From: Gammaproteobacteria bacterium
Lineage (GTDB): Bacteria; Pseudomonadota; Gammaproteobacteria; Porifericomitales; Porifericomitaceae
Direction of reading: 5' to 3'
DNA length: 64,000 bases
NCBI GenBank assembly: GCA_014238615.1
Contig: JABAAT010000007.1
Span: 40,736-104,735, forward strand
The translations under genes were made by a program, and so were the position numbers. Under the pieces are notes generated by a model, which saw nothing but the letters and a program-made list of their open reading frames with translations, did not search any database and was not told the DNA's origin. Positions 24,551 to 34,474 of this stretch are shown one piece after another (positions within the stretch are counted from its first letter, which is position 1; every line of letters begins with the position of its first letter).

Positions 24551-25612
24551 CTAAAGGCGCCGCGCCAGCGGAACCGCCAGCAAGGCCGTGAGCAACGGCG
24601 GCCACACCATGACCGCCGGGTGCAGTTCCAGCAGGAGCACCAGGGCCGCGGCGCACTGCATCCCCAGCAGCAACAGCACGCTCAGCGCGACGGCCGCCGA
24701 CAGCACCCGGCCCAGACCGCCGTCAGGGCGCACCCCGGCGCCCATGCACAAGGCCGCCAAGGCTAACAGCGGCAGCACGGCCAGGCGCAGCAGGCGTTCC
24801 CAGAGGGCCAGGTCATACAAGCGTGCGGAGCGACCGTAAGACGCCAGTGCCGCGCCGGAGTCCAGGAGACGCACCAGGGGCAACTGCTCCGCATCCAGGC
24901 TCAGCAGGGCGAGGCGACGCGGCCCCAACTCCGGTGCCCAGTCAACCTCCGGCAACAGTCGTCGCCGCACTTCAATACCTCCCCCCGGCAAGGACTCCAG
25001 GGACCATTCCCGCACTTCCCGCAGGCGCCAGCGACCGTCCTCCGGCTGAAAATCAGCGGACGGGGCCCGCAGCACCCGGCGCAGACCACCGGCCGGAGCA
25101 TAGCGATAGATCGTGATGTCGCGCGCGCGCGCCGCGCCCGGATCCCAATGCATGCGTACATGCTCATCGGCGACGCGCAACCAGAACTCCCGCCCCCGAA
25201 CGGGCTGCCGCAGCGCTTCCAGGCCCTGGGCGAAATGCGCGCCGGCCGGAACCAGGTACTCCGAGTTGAGCCAGTCCACGGCTACCACGAGCAACGCCGC
25301 CCCCAGGATCCAGCGGACCAGCCAGGCGCGCGCCAGGCCGCAGCCACGCATGATCCAGAGTTGACCACTGCGCGCCAGCCAGGCGACAGCGCCGGCGCCC
25401 CCGAGCAGGATAGCCGCCGGTAACAGGTCGCGCGCCAGGCGCGGCGCTTCGGCCAGCACCTGTCCCAAGGCAACCGCCAGACCGTCACCGCCCTGGCCCA
25501 GGTTCCCCAACTGGTGCACCGTGGAAAACAACAGGAAGGGGACCATCAACACCACCAGGGCGAGTCCCAGTCCCGCGCAGAAATGCCCCGCCAGGTAACA
25601 ACCGAGCTTCAT
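24551..25612 (-). CDS. lptG: LPS export ABC transporter permease LptG
   Basis: 353 aa with multi-TM N-terminal and C-terminal halves and a periplasmic beta-jellyroll middle. ATGA overlap with upstream lptF. Divergent from pepA, the canonical arrangement. Confidence 0.8.
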   Translation of the reverse strand: MKLGCYLAGHFCAGLGLALVVLMVPFLLFSTVHQLGNLGQGGDGLAVALGQVLAEAPRLARDLLPAAILLGGAGAVAWLARSGQLWIMRGCGLARAWLVRWILGAALLVVAVDWLNSEYLVPAGAHFAQGLEALRQPVRGREFWLRVADEHVRMHWDPGAARARDITIYRYAPAGGLRRVLRAPSADFQPEDGRWRLREVREWSLESLPGGGIEVRRRLLPEVDWAPELGPRRLALLSLDAEQLPLVRLLDSGAALASYGRSARLYDLALWERLLRLAVLPLLALAALCMGAGVRPDGGLGRVLSAAVALSVLLLLGMQCAAALVLLLELHPAVMVWPPLLTALLAVPLARRL

Positions 25613-26676
25613 GCCGAATTATCCCGGACGGGCGGCGCGCCGCCGGTGCCGCCGCGATGGAGGTTTGAAGAGCGCGCCAGCACGGCCGCGGCGCCAAGCG
25701 CAAACAAGGCATGCACTGCCCACAGGCCGGGCCATGGCTCCCACCAGCCCCGTTCCAGGAACAGGCGCCCGACAGCCAGCAGGTTGTGATAGAGCAGCAA
25801 CAAGGCGATGCTGAGAAGTGCGCGCGCATACCAGCGCAGGCCCGGCAGCGGCCCCACCAGGGCCACGGCCAGCAAGGCCAGCACCAGGCATGAGACGGCC
25901 GGCGCCAGGCGCCACTGCCATTGCGGCCGGGTCAGGCCCGCAAGGGCCGCGGGAGGCGACAACGGGAGTGCGGCGGCACCCGGCAACCAGGTCCAGTGTG
26001 CGCGGAAACGGCTGACGCGCAAAGCTCCCGGGTCCGGCAGGCCGCGGTACTCGGTGCCTTCAAAAAATTCCAGTCGCCGCGCGCCGGCCCAGGAGGCACC
26101 GTACACCCGGGCCCGCTCGGCCACCAGCAACGTGGGGGGAGTTCCGCGCAGGTACAAACGCACCCCCTGCAGGTCATCGTTCGGGTCGGCCTGTTCCAGG
26201 TACAGCACCGCGTCGCCCAAGTGGTGAAACACTCCCGAGTGCAGCTTCGAGAGATTAAGCGCACTGCGCGCCAAGTGCAGGGTCTGGGCCGCGGCATGCT
26301 CGGCGCGCGGCGCCACGTACAGACCCAGGAAAGCGCTCAGCAGCGCGACCGGCAAAGCCACCAGGCAGGCCGCCCGCAGACGGGCCCACAGGCCCAGGCC
26401 AAAGGAGCCGCAAGCCACCCATTCGCCATCCGAGGCCAGGCGCGACAAACCATAGAGCAGGCCCAGGAACAGGGCCAGGGGCAGCAACAGGTCACACTTT
26501 TCGAGCAGCTTCAGCAGCCAGAACAGCAACAACGGCGGCAGGGAGCCATCCGTGGCCGCCGCCAGGGACAGCACCCGCGCCAGGCGAAACACTCCCAGCA
26601 ACAGCAGCAGCGAGATGAAGACCACGAGGCAGGGCAGGCCCAGCCGGCGGCACAGGTAGCTTTGCAGGAGCGACAA
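25609..26676 (-). CDS. lptF: LPS export ABC transporter permease LptF
   Basis: 355 aa; same architecture as lptG; gene order lptF-lptG. Confidence 0.8.
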   Translation of the reverse strand: MSLLQSYLCRRLGLPCLVVFISLLLLLGVFRLARVLSLAAATDGSLPPLLLFWLLKLLEKCDLLLPLALFLGLLYGLSRLASDGEWVACGSFGLGLWARLRAACLVALPVALLSAFLGLYVAPRAEHAAAQTLHLARSALNLSKLHSGVFHHLGDAVLYLEQADPNDDLQGVRLYLRGTPPTLLVAERARVYGASWAGARRLEFFEGTEYRGLPDPGALRVSRFRAHWTWLPGAAALPLSPPAALAGLTRPQWQWRLAPAVSCLVLALLAVALVGPLPGLRWYARALLSIALLLLYHNLLAVGRLFLERGWWEPWPGLWAVHALFALGAAAVLARSSNLHRGGTGGAPPVRDNSA

Positions 26677-26845
26677 GGCGTTTTGCTTATCTCGGATGGA
26701 ATGAATACACTATTCGGAGAATCCGTTAAATCGCGCGCCCACCACTGCTCCGCGGGGCGACCCTCTCCAAGCAGTTCCGCACCGAACACATTGCCGGGTG
26801 CACCTGGGACAACAGCGCTTCACTCCGAACCAAGAGAAATCCCCG

Positions 26846-28333
26846 ATGCGATATAAGCTGAGTTTCCTCTCCCCCGCCAGGCAACACTGCCACACTTTGA
26901 TCCTTGGATTGTACTCCGACCAGCGCAAGCCGACAGGCCCGTCGGCCGAACTGGACGCCGCCCTCGGCGGTCTGATCGCCACCCTGCTGGGCAAAAAGGG
27001 ACTCGACTTCCACGAAGGACAACTGGTGCCGCTGCATGAGCCGCGGGGGACGGCGGCCAAGGTCGTGTTGCTCATCGGCCTGGGTGAAAGCGCCTCGTTC
27101 AGCCCGGCGGCCTTTCAGCGAGCGGTCACAGCGGCCACCCGGGCGGCCATGGAGCACGGAGCGACGCAGATCTGCAATTACCTGACCACCTTGGAAACCC
27201 CGAAGGATGCGGCACACAGGATAAAGCAGGCGCTGCTGGCCACGGCCGACGCCGCTTACCGCTTCGACCACTACAAGGGAACGCCCAAAAAGCACGCGAC
27301 ACGGCTGGGCCAGGTGCACTTCGCCTCGGCCCGGCGGGGCAGGAACACGGCGGAACAGCGCGCCCTACGCGAGGCAGAGGCCACCGCGGAAGGCATGCAG
27401 CTGGCGCGCGACCTGGCCAACCAACCCCCGAATGTCTGCACCCCCGCCTACCTGGCGCGGGCGGCGCTGCGGTTGCGCGCCAGCCACGGACTCAAGGTGC
27501 GCGTCCTGGAACGCGCGGCCATGCGTAAGCTGGGCATGGGCGCCCTGCTGGCCGTGGCCCAGGGCAGCCGCCAGACGCCGCGCTTCATCATCCTGGAACA
27601 TCGCGGCGTCAAAGGCTCCCAGGCGCCCATTGTCCTGGTGGGTAAGGGTGTCACTTTTGACACCGGGGGCATCTCCCTGAAGCCCGCCGCCGCCATGGAT
27701 GAGATGAAATACGACATGTGCGGCGGCGCCTCCGTGCTGGGCGCCCTGGCCGCCGCGGCCCGCCTGGAACTACCGCGGTCCGTGGTGGGGTTGGTGCCGG
27801 CCGTGGAAAACATGCCCGGCGGCGGCGCCGCGCGCCCCGGAGACATCGTCACCAACATGGCCGGCAAAAGCATTGAGATCCTGAACACCGACGCCGAGGG
27901 ACGCCTGATCCTGTGCGACGCGCTCAGCTACGCACGGCGTTACAAGCCGAGCCGCATCGTGGACGTGGCGACCCTCACCGGGGCCTGCGTGGTAGCCCTC
28001 GGACACCACGCCACGGGCCTGCTCAGCAACGCGGACAACCTGGCCGAGGAACTGTTGGAGGCCGGTGCGCAAAGCGGCGACCGCGCCTGGCGCCTGCCGC
28101 TCTGGGAAGAATACCAGTCGCAGCTGCGCAGCCCCTTTGCCGATATCGCCAACATCGGCGGCCGCGCGGCGGGCACCATCACGGCCGCCTGCTTCCTGTC
28201 CCGCTTCACGAAAGGCCAAAAGTGGGCGCACCTGGACATCGCCGGCACCGCCTGGCATTCCGGCAAGCGCAAGGGCGCCAGCGGCCGACCGGTACCGCTA
28301 CTCACGCAATTCCTGCTGAACACGCGCTCCTGA
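26846..28333 (+). CDS. pepA: leucyl aminopeptidase
   Basis: Internal ATG (MRYKLSFLS). M17 signature NTDAEGRLILCDAL, plus VGKGVTFDTGGISLKP and DMCGGA. Confidence 0.9.
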   Translation: MRYKLSFLSPARQHCHTLILGLYSDQRKPTGPSAELDAALGGLIATLLGKKGLDFHEGQLVPLHEPRGTAAKVVLLIGLGESASFSPAAFQRAVTAATRAAMEHGATQICNYLTTLETPKDAAHRIKQALLATADAAYRFDHYKGTPKKHATRLGQVHFASARRGRNTAEQRALREAEATAEGMQLARDLANQPPNVCTPAYLARAALRLRASHGLKVRVLERAAMRKLGMGALLAVAQGSRQTPRFIILEHRGVKGSQAPIVLVGKGVTFDTGGISLKPAAAMDEMKYDMCGGASVLGALAAAARLELPRSVVGLVPAVENMPGGGAARPGDIVTNMAGKSIEILNTDAEGRLILCDALSYARRYKPSRIVDVATLTGACVVALGHHATGLLSNADNLAEELLEAGAQSGDRAWRLPLWEEYQSQLRSPFADIANIGGRAAGTITAACFLSRFTKGQKWAHLDIAGTAWHSGKRKGASGRPVPLLTQFLLNTRS

Positions 28334-28342
28334 GTTCCCGGG

Positions 28343-28870
28343 ATGGCTGGCGAGGCAAGCACATCGGCGCCGTCACAGGGTTCTCCCTCGGTGCTGTTTT
28401 TGATCTTGCCCGAAGGCTCCTCCACGCCCCCCGAGCGCGCCTGCTGCAAAGAGGCCGTGCGCGCCTGGCGGGAGGGCCGCCACGTGGGACTGCACACCGA
28501 TTCCATGGAACAGGCGCGGCGCATGGATACCCTGTTGTGGACCTTCAGCGAACTGGACTTTTTACCCCATCGCCTGGCACCGCCCCAGGGGCGCGTTTCC
28601 CGGCTGTCCCAGGAGCAATCGCAGGTGGAGTCCAGCCCCCCCCAGTCGCGCGAGGCGTTCATCAGTTGGGGCGACCAGACGCCGCCCTGCGACCTGCTTT
28701 TCAACCTGGCCCCCTACCTGCCGGTGCTGGAGACGCCCCAGGCAAAAGTGGTTGAAATCGTGCCCGGAAAGGAACCAGAACGATCCCGGGCCCGGAAGCA
28801 CTGGCAACGCTACAAGGAACAGGGACTACAACTGCAATCTCGGAAACTGCGAGAGGACATCGCGCCATGA
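28343..28870 (+). CDS. holC: DNA polymerase III chi subunit
   Basis: VLFLILPEG...LDTLLWTFSELDFLPHRL matches the HolC pattern (YxL..., LDxxLW, F.PH). pepA-holC-valS synteny. Confidence 0.7.
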   Translation: MAGEASTSAPSQGSPSVLFLILPEGSSTPPERACCKEAVRAWREGRHVGLHTDSMEQARRMDTLLWTFSELDFLPHRLAPPQGRVSRLSQEQSQVESSPPQSREAFISWGDQTPPCDLLFNLAPYLPVLETPQAKVVEIVPGKEPERSRARKHWQRYKEQGLQLQSRKLREDIAP

Positions 28871-28992
28871 AGCGGCGCACCCGCTTCCCCCAGGCGGCGC
28901 AATGGAAGGGCCCCCGGCGCACACCGCCACGGCATTAAGCCGGCACGGCCACGGCGCACGGCGCCACGCAAGACACCGAGCGACACCACACC

Positions 28993-31806
28993 ATGGAAAA
29001 ACACTACCAGCCCGAACACTTGGAGCGCCGCTGGTACGCGCACTGGGAACAGCAAGGCTGCTTCGCACCGGCTGGAAAAGGCAAGCCCTATTGCATCATG
29101 TTGCCGCCTCCCAACGTCACCGGGCAATTGCACATGGGACACGCCTTTCAGAACACCCTCATGGACCTGCTCATCCGCCGGCAACGCATGGACGGCGGCA
29201 GGGCGCTCTGGCAGGGAGGCGTTGATCACGCCGGCATCGCCACGCAACTCGTCGTGGAACACCAGCTGCGCGCCCAAGGCCAGGAGCCGCGCACCATGGA
29301 GCGCGAAGAGCTGCTGCGCGCGGCCTGGGATTGGCGCACCGCCTCGGGCGACGCCATCACCCGGCAAATGCGCCGCCTGGGCGCCTCCCTGGACTGGAGC
29401 CGCGAACGCTTCACCCTGGATGAAGGCATGTCGAGCGCGGTGTTGGAAGTCTTCCTGGCCCTGCACCGGGAGGGGTTGATCTACCGCGGACAGCGGTTGG
29501 TCAACTGGGATCCTTCGCTCTGCACCGCCGTCTCCGACCTGGAGGTCAGCGCCAGGGAAGAGGACGGCCGGCTCTGGCACCTGCGCTACCCCGTGGTCGG
29601 CACATCCACGACGCTGGTGGTCGCCACCACCCGCCCCGAAACCCTGCTTGGCGACACGGCGTTGGCCGTACACCCGGAGGATGAACGCTACCGCCGCTGG
29701 ATCGGCGGCCGGGCCCGCGTGCCGCTCTGCGATCGGGAGATACCGATCATCGCCGACGACTTCGTGGATCCGCAGTTCGGCAGCGGCTGCGTCAAGGTCA
29801 CACCGGCGCACGATTTCAACGACTATGAGGTCGGCCTCCGCCACAAGCTGCCTTGCCTGAACATCTTCACACCGGAAGCCAGGCTGAATGAGCAGGCGCC
29901 GCCGGCCTTCCGCGGCCTGCAGCGCGGGCGCGCCCGGGAAGCGGTGCTACAGGCGCTGCGTGCACAGGGGTTGCTGGAAAAGGTAGAGCCGCACCGCTTC
30001 AAAGTGCCGCGCTGCGAACGCACCCGGGAAATCGTGGAACCGCTGCTCACCAGGCAGTGGTTCGTGCGCACCGGGCCGCTGGCGGAACCGGCCATTCGGG
30101 CCGTGGAGCAGGGCCGCGTGCGCTTCATCCCCGAAAGCTGGAACGCCACCTACTTCGAGTGGCTGCGCAACATACAGGACTGGTGCATCAGCCGCCAGCT
30201 CTGGTGGGGACACCGCATCCCGGCCTGGTACACCCGGGACGGCGACGTGCACGTCGGCCGCTCGGAAGAGGAGCTGCGGCAACGCGCCGGCCTGTCCCCG
30301 GAAACGGAGCTACGGCGCGATCCAGACGTTCTGGACACCTGGTTTTCCTCGGCCCTGTGGCCTTTTTCTACTCTCGGCTGGCCTCAACAGACCGGTGAAC
30401 TGCGTAGCTTCTACCCCACTTCCGTCCTGGTGACGGGCTTTGACATCATCTTCTTCTGGGTGGCACGCATGATCATGCTGGGACTGAAGTTCACCGGCGA
30501 GGTGCCTTTCCGCGAGGTGTACATACACGGACTGGTGCTGGACAGCACAGGCCAAAAGATGTCGAAATCCAAGGGCAATGTCCTGGATCCACTGGACCTG
30601 GTGGACGGCGTGCAGCTGGAGCCCCTGGTCAAAAAACGCACCCAGGCCCTGCTCCGGCCCGGGGACGCGCCGCGCATTGAGAGTTCCACGCGCCGGGAAT
30701 TCCCTGAAGGCATCCCGGCCTACGGCGCCGATGCGTTGCGCCTGACCTTCACCTCCCTGGCCAGCCTGGGGCGCCGCGAATTGCGTTTTGAAGTGGGCCG
30801 CATCAAGGGCAATCGTCATTTCTGCAATAAACTCTGGAACGCCACCCGCTACGTGCTGGGCGCCGTTTCGGGGCAGGGGGGGGGAAACCCCGGGGGCAAA
30901 CCGCGGAACGCGGCGGAAGCCCCGCCTCCCGGCACCAACGAAGCCTGGATCCTGGCGCGCCTGGGCCGCGCCCTCGGCGCCATCAACAGCGCCCTGGACG
31001 AGTACCGTTTTGACCAGGCGGCGCGCGTGCTGCGCCACTTCGCCTGGGAGGAATACTGCGACTGGTACCTGGAGCTGGCCAAGATCAGCCTCGGCGATGC
31101 GCGCCGCGGCGCGGCGGAAAAAGCGGCCGTGCGGCGCACCCTTCTGGAAGTTCTGGAAGCCTTCCTGCGCCTGGCTCACCCCTTCATTCCCTTCCTCAGC
31201 GAGGAGCTGTGGCGGCGGGTACAGGAGGCGCGCGGGGCCAAGCCGGAGCCGGGGGCGAGCCTCATGTTGCAGCCTTGGCCACGCGCCGAGCAATTCCCCC
31301 GCGCCCCCGGGGCCGAGGCCGAAATACAGTGGCTGCAGGATTTCCTGGGCGCCCTGCGCCAGATGCGCTCTGAAAACCGCTTGGCGCCCGGCAGACTGCT
31401 GCCGCTCTATTGGAGCGGCGGTACCGCGCGGGAACGCACTTGGCTGCATCACCAGGAACACGCGATCCTGGCCCTCGGACGCCTCCGCGGCCTGGAGGAA
31501 AGCCCGCGGCGGGGCGACGCCGCCACCGCCCTGGTCGGCGACATGCTCCTGCAACTACCCCTGGAGGGACTCGTGGACCCCAACGACGAACTGCGGCGGC
31601 TGCGGCGCGAGCTGGAAAAGCTGGACAAACGTCTGCGCTCATCCGAGCAACGCCTGGCCAACCAGGACTTCCTTGAGCGCGCGCCCCCGGAGCTCGTCCA
31701 GCGCGAGCAACAACGCCACGTGGAACTGTCCCAGGCCATGGACAAACTCCAGTACGAGCAACTCCGCCTGCAGGATCAGCCGGGCGACGCGAAGCCTTCT
31801 TCCTGA
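28993..31806 (+). CDS. valS: valine--tRNA ligase
   Basis: 937 aa. HIGH motif PPNVTGQLHMGHA, KMSKS motif, and C-terminal coiled-coil. Confidence 0.95.
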   Translation: MEKHYQPEHLERRWYAHWEQQGCFAPAGKGKPYCIMLPPPNVTGQLHMGHAFQNTLMDLLIRRQRMDGGRALWQGGVDHAGIATQLVVEHQLRAQGQEPRTMEREELLRAAWDWRTASGDAITRQMRRLGASLDWSRERFTLDEGMSSAVLEVFLALHREGLIYRGQRLVNWDPSLCTAVSDLEVSAREEDGRLWHLRYPVVGTSTTLVVATTRPETLLGDTALAVHPEDERYRRWIGGRARVPLCDREIPIIADDFVDPQFGSGCVKVTPAHDFNDYEVGLRHKLPCLNIFTPEARLNEQAPPAFRGLQRGRAREAVLQALRAQGLLEKVEPHRFKVPRCERTREIVEPLLTRQWFVRTGPLAEPAIRAVEQGRVRFIPESWNATYFEWLRNIQDWCISRQLWWGHRIPAWYTRDGDVHVGRSEEELRQRAGLSPETELRRDPDVLDTWFSSALWPFSTLGWPQQTGELRSFYPTSVLVTGFDIIFFWVARMIMLGLKFTGEVPFREVYIHGLVLDSTGQKMSKSKGNVLDPLDLVDGVQLEPLVKKRTQALLRPGDAPRIESSTRREFPEGIPAYGADALRLTFTSLASLGRRELRFEVGRIKGNRHFCNKLWNATRYVLGAVSGQGGGNPGGKPRNAAEAPPPGTNEAWILARLGRALGAINSALDEYRFDQAARVLRHFAWEEYCDWYLELAKISLGDARRGAAEKAAVRRTLLEVLEAFLRLAHPFIPFLSEELWRRVQEARGAKPEPGASLMLQPWPRAEQFPRAPGAEAEIQWLQDFLGALRQMRSENRLAPGRLLPLYWSGGTARERTWLHHQEHAILALGRLRGLEESPRRGDAATALVGDMLLQLPLEGLVDPNDELRRLRRELEKLDKRLRSSEQRLANQDFLERAPPELVQREQQRHVELSQAMDKLQYEQLRLQDQPGDAKPSS

Positions 31807-32042
31807 TGCTGCGCATCCTCCAGGAAGACATCCAGGTGGTCTTTGAACGCGACCCGGCGGCGCGTGGCGCCGAGGGGCCTTCTTCCTGATGCTGCGCATC
31901 CTCCAGGAAGACATCCAGGTGGTCTTTGAACGCGACCCGGCGGCGCGTGGCGCCAAGGGGCCTTCTTCCTGATGCTGCGCATCCTCCAGGAAGACATCCA
32001 GGTGGTCTTTGAACGCGACCCGGCGGCGCGCTCCCGCTGGCA
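31794..32042 (+). repeat. 83-bp direct tandem repeat, 3 copies (starts 31794, 31877, 31960), spanning the valS stop and cysE start codon
   Basis: The unit GCCTTCTTCCTGATGCTGCGCATCCTCCAGGAAGACATCCAGGTGGTCTTTGAACGCGACCCGGCGGCGCG(T/C)... is repeated with one or two substitutions (GCCGAGGGG vs GCCAAGGGG). Copies 1 and 2 each carry an ATG (31806, 31889) opening a 27-codon [25 protein letters not shown](E/K)GPSS*. Copy 3 carries the real cysE ATG (31972). Confidence 0.9.
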
Positions 32043-32727
32043 AGTGCTCACCACCAGCCCCGGCCTGCACGCCATCTGGCTGCACCGCCTGAACCATGCC
32101 CTGTGGCGCCGCGGCTGCCACTGGACGGCCAGGTTCCTGGCCCACCTCGGACGCTTTTTCACCGGTATCGAGATCCACCCGGGCGCCAGCATCGGGAAAC
32201 GCTTCTTCATCGACCACGGCCACGGCATCGTCATCGGCGAGACCTCCGAAATAGGCGCCGACTGCTCCATCTACCACGGTGTCACCCTGGGCGGCACCAC
32301 CTGGCAGCCGGGCAAACGCCACCCCACGCTGGAGGACGGGGTCGTGCTGGGCGCCGGGGCAAAGATCCTCGGCCCCATCGTGCTCGGCAAAGGCGCCCGC
32401 ATCGGCTCCAACTCCGTGGTCACCCACCCGGTCCCACCGGGAGCCACGATCGTGGGCGTGCCGGGACAGATCGTCAAGACCCGGGCGGGCCGGGCCTCCT
32501 CCGCGGAACCCGCCAGGGAACATCCCTTCGATGCCTACGCCAGCAGTGCAGACGAAGCCAACCCCGTGCAGGAAGAAATCCAACAACTACTGGGCAGGAT
32601 AGGCGCCCTGTCGGAAGAGCTGCACACCCTGAGGGACAGGCTCAATCACGACGCCGGGCAGCAGGACCGCAAGGACCGAAAAGACCCCAGCCAGGCCCCG
32701 CCCCCGGAGCAGGACCCGGAAGACTGA
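31972..32727 (+). CDS. cysE: serine O-acetyltransferase
   Basis: Hexapeptide-repeat core [44 protein letters not shown]; N-terminal ERDPAARS. Unusual ~60-aa charged C-terminal extension. Confidence 0.85.
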   Translation: MLRILQEDIQVVFERDPAARSRWQVLTTSPGLHAIWLHRLNHALWRRGCHWTARFLAHLGRFFTGIEIHPGASIGKRFFIDHGHGIVIGETSEIGADCSIYHGVTLGGTTWQPGKRHPTLEDGVVLGAGAKILGPIVLGKGARIGSNSVVTHPVPPGATIVGVPGQIVKTRAGRASSAEPAREHPFDAYASSADEANPVQEEIQQLLGRIGALSEELHTLRDRLNHDAGQQDRKDRKDPSQAPPPEQDPED

Positions 32728-33016
32728 GGAAACATCACAACAAGAGACCACCGCGTGGTCCTGCGTCCCGGCATCCAACCTGGTCTCCAGGCCGTGTTCG
32801 CGCTTCGCGCGCTGAACCTCATCCCCCCTGGGAAGCGCCCAGCAGCGCCCAGCTGATACGCCCGGCGGTCCTGGCAGATACGCTGGAGAGAGACCAAGGC
32901 AGACCGTCCCCAACGTACCTCCGCACTAGAACCTGCCGTGCGCTCGGCCCACCTCTCGGAACTCCGCGCTTGCCCGGCCGCGGAGAAATACAAGGCGATC
33001 CTACAATCCGTCGTCC

Positions 33017-33500
33017 CTATAATTTGTTGTCATTGACGAATTTTTGGAACTCCGGAATGCTGAATACATGCAGGAGCCAGGCTTTCCCTGCCTGGTTCCG
33101 TAACCACTGCTCCGCTCCCTCCGAGTAGCCGCCACCATCCAGCACGACTAGCGTGCTGATACCGGAATCTTCGATTGTCAATACCAGGAATGGGAATTTT
33201 TCCTCCACGCTCCCGGAAGACTGCTGCCACTTGCCTTCAATCACAAGTCCGTTCGGGTGCCTGGTGGGGTGGTACAGGATAAAGTCGCACTTGTTGGTTA
33301 CGTCTGTACGGGTCTCTCCCTATCGGATACTGCCTGGCATAAATCGGTTGCCCCTTGCATTTCAGCGTGGCGAATTCCGCCGCGTCAGCGCGCTGATACC
33401 CGGCCCGCTCTACCACGCTGGAGATAATCTCCTCCAGGTTACTTCCGGTCTTGTTAGCTCGATGACCTTGTTGATCAGGTGCTTGTGATGATGGTTTCAT
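33017..33500 (-). pseudogene. PD-(D/E)XK nuclease-like gene split by a -1 frameshift (candidate degraded restriction endonuclease)
   Basis: Two overlapping minus-strand ORFs (33237..33500 and 33017..33244). When joined they read ...KCDFILYHPTRHPNGLVIEGKWQQSSGSVEEK..., i.e. D...(E)xK spacing. Immediately downstream of, and overlapping, a Dam-family MTase. Local GC about 50%. Confidence 0.45.
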
Positions 33501-34464
33501 TTCGGTCGCCGCGGTCTTCCGCCCTGCAGTTGATGGTGCCTGCCGCTTTTGCCGTATGGATTGTCCAATGCACGGACTTGTAAAGTTTGCGGATGAACGG
33601 CGTGTCTGAGTTGGAGATGATCACCGCTGCTCCCGCCTTACGCCAACCGTCCGCACACTTTGCAAGGTGTTGCTGTGCCTCGCTGTTGAAACGATGAGCC
33701 GTATATTGATCGTAGGTCTCATCGTAGGGCGGATCGCAATAGACCAGGTCGCCCTCCCGCGGTGCAATCGCATCAAAAAGCTGCCTTTGCAGGTCTGCCT
33801 CTTTGAGTGTTGCGGATACGGCGCGCAGGTTATCGGCATCAACGATCGCGGGGTTTTTGTATCGACCGATTGGAACATTGAACCTCCCCGAACGATTGAC
33901 GCGATACAGACCGTTGAAACAAGTCTTGTTGAGATAAATAAACCGCGCAGCCCTCTCAATCGGATCCTCTATCCCGTCCTTCCCGCGGATGACTTTATAG
34001 TGCCGCGGTGAATGCCGGCACCGGTGGGCTTTCAATTTCTCTACCAGCTGATCGCAGTGCTGCTGGATCATTTTGTAGGCAATCATTAACTCCGGGTTAG
34101 CGTCCGACAGGTGCGCCCGGGTGATACGGTTTTCAATGGCGTAGAACAGCGCCCCTCCGCCCACAAACGGCTCCCAGTACTCCTCGATGGTGTCCGGCAG
34201 GTGTTTCAGCAGGTCGGGTACCAGCGACCGCTTACCGCCCGCCCACTTGACGAATGGGCGGGCCCGCACCCCGGACGTCGGATGCACTCCGCATAAGCCA
34301 GCCAGGCGGCCGTTCGTGGGCGCCTTGCCCGTGTGCGCCTTGCCATTGACATCTTCCGGCCCCCCGCGGCCGACGGCAGGCCGACGGCAGGCCGACGGCT
34401 GCACGCTTCCGCCCGCACCCGGCGGAGTGGGGATCGGGATGGAGCTATTCCGGGCGGCGGGCAC
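33475..34464 (-). CDS. Dam-family (D12 class) N6-adenine DNA methyltransferase
   Basis: Motifs FVKWAGGKRSL (SAM/motif I), DPPY (motif IV), and FxNGLYRVNRSGRFNVP. The true start is probably internal (GTG near 34270); the first ~65 codons are GC-rich low-complexity and contain a 10-mer tandem repeat. GC about 55%. Confidence 0.8.
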   Translation of the reverse strand: MPAARNSSIPIPTPPGAGGSVQPSACRRPAVGRGGPEDVNGKAHTGKAPTNGRLAGLCGVHPTSGVRARPFVKWAGGKRSLVPDLLKHLPDTIEEYWEPFVGGGALFYAIENRITRAHLSDANPELMIAYKMIQQHCDQLVEKLKAHRCRHSPRHYKVIRGKDGIEDPIERAARFIYLNKTCFNGLYRVNRSGRFNVPIGRYKNPAIVDADNLRAVSATLKEADLQRQLFDAIAPREGDLVYCDPPYDETYDQYTAHRFNSEAQQHLAKCADGWRKAGAAVIISNSDTPFIRKLYKSVHWTIHTAKAAGTINCRAEDRGDRNETIITST

Positions 34465-34474
34465 GGGCTACCGC

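Noticed and set aside
28810-31554. 344-aa and 414-aa minus-strand ORFs
   Set aside because: Antisense to valS.
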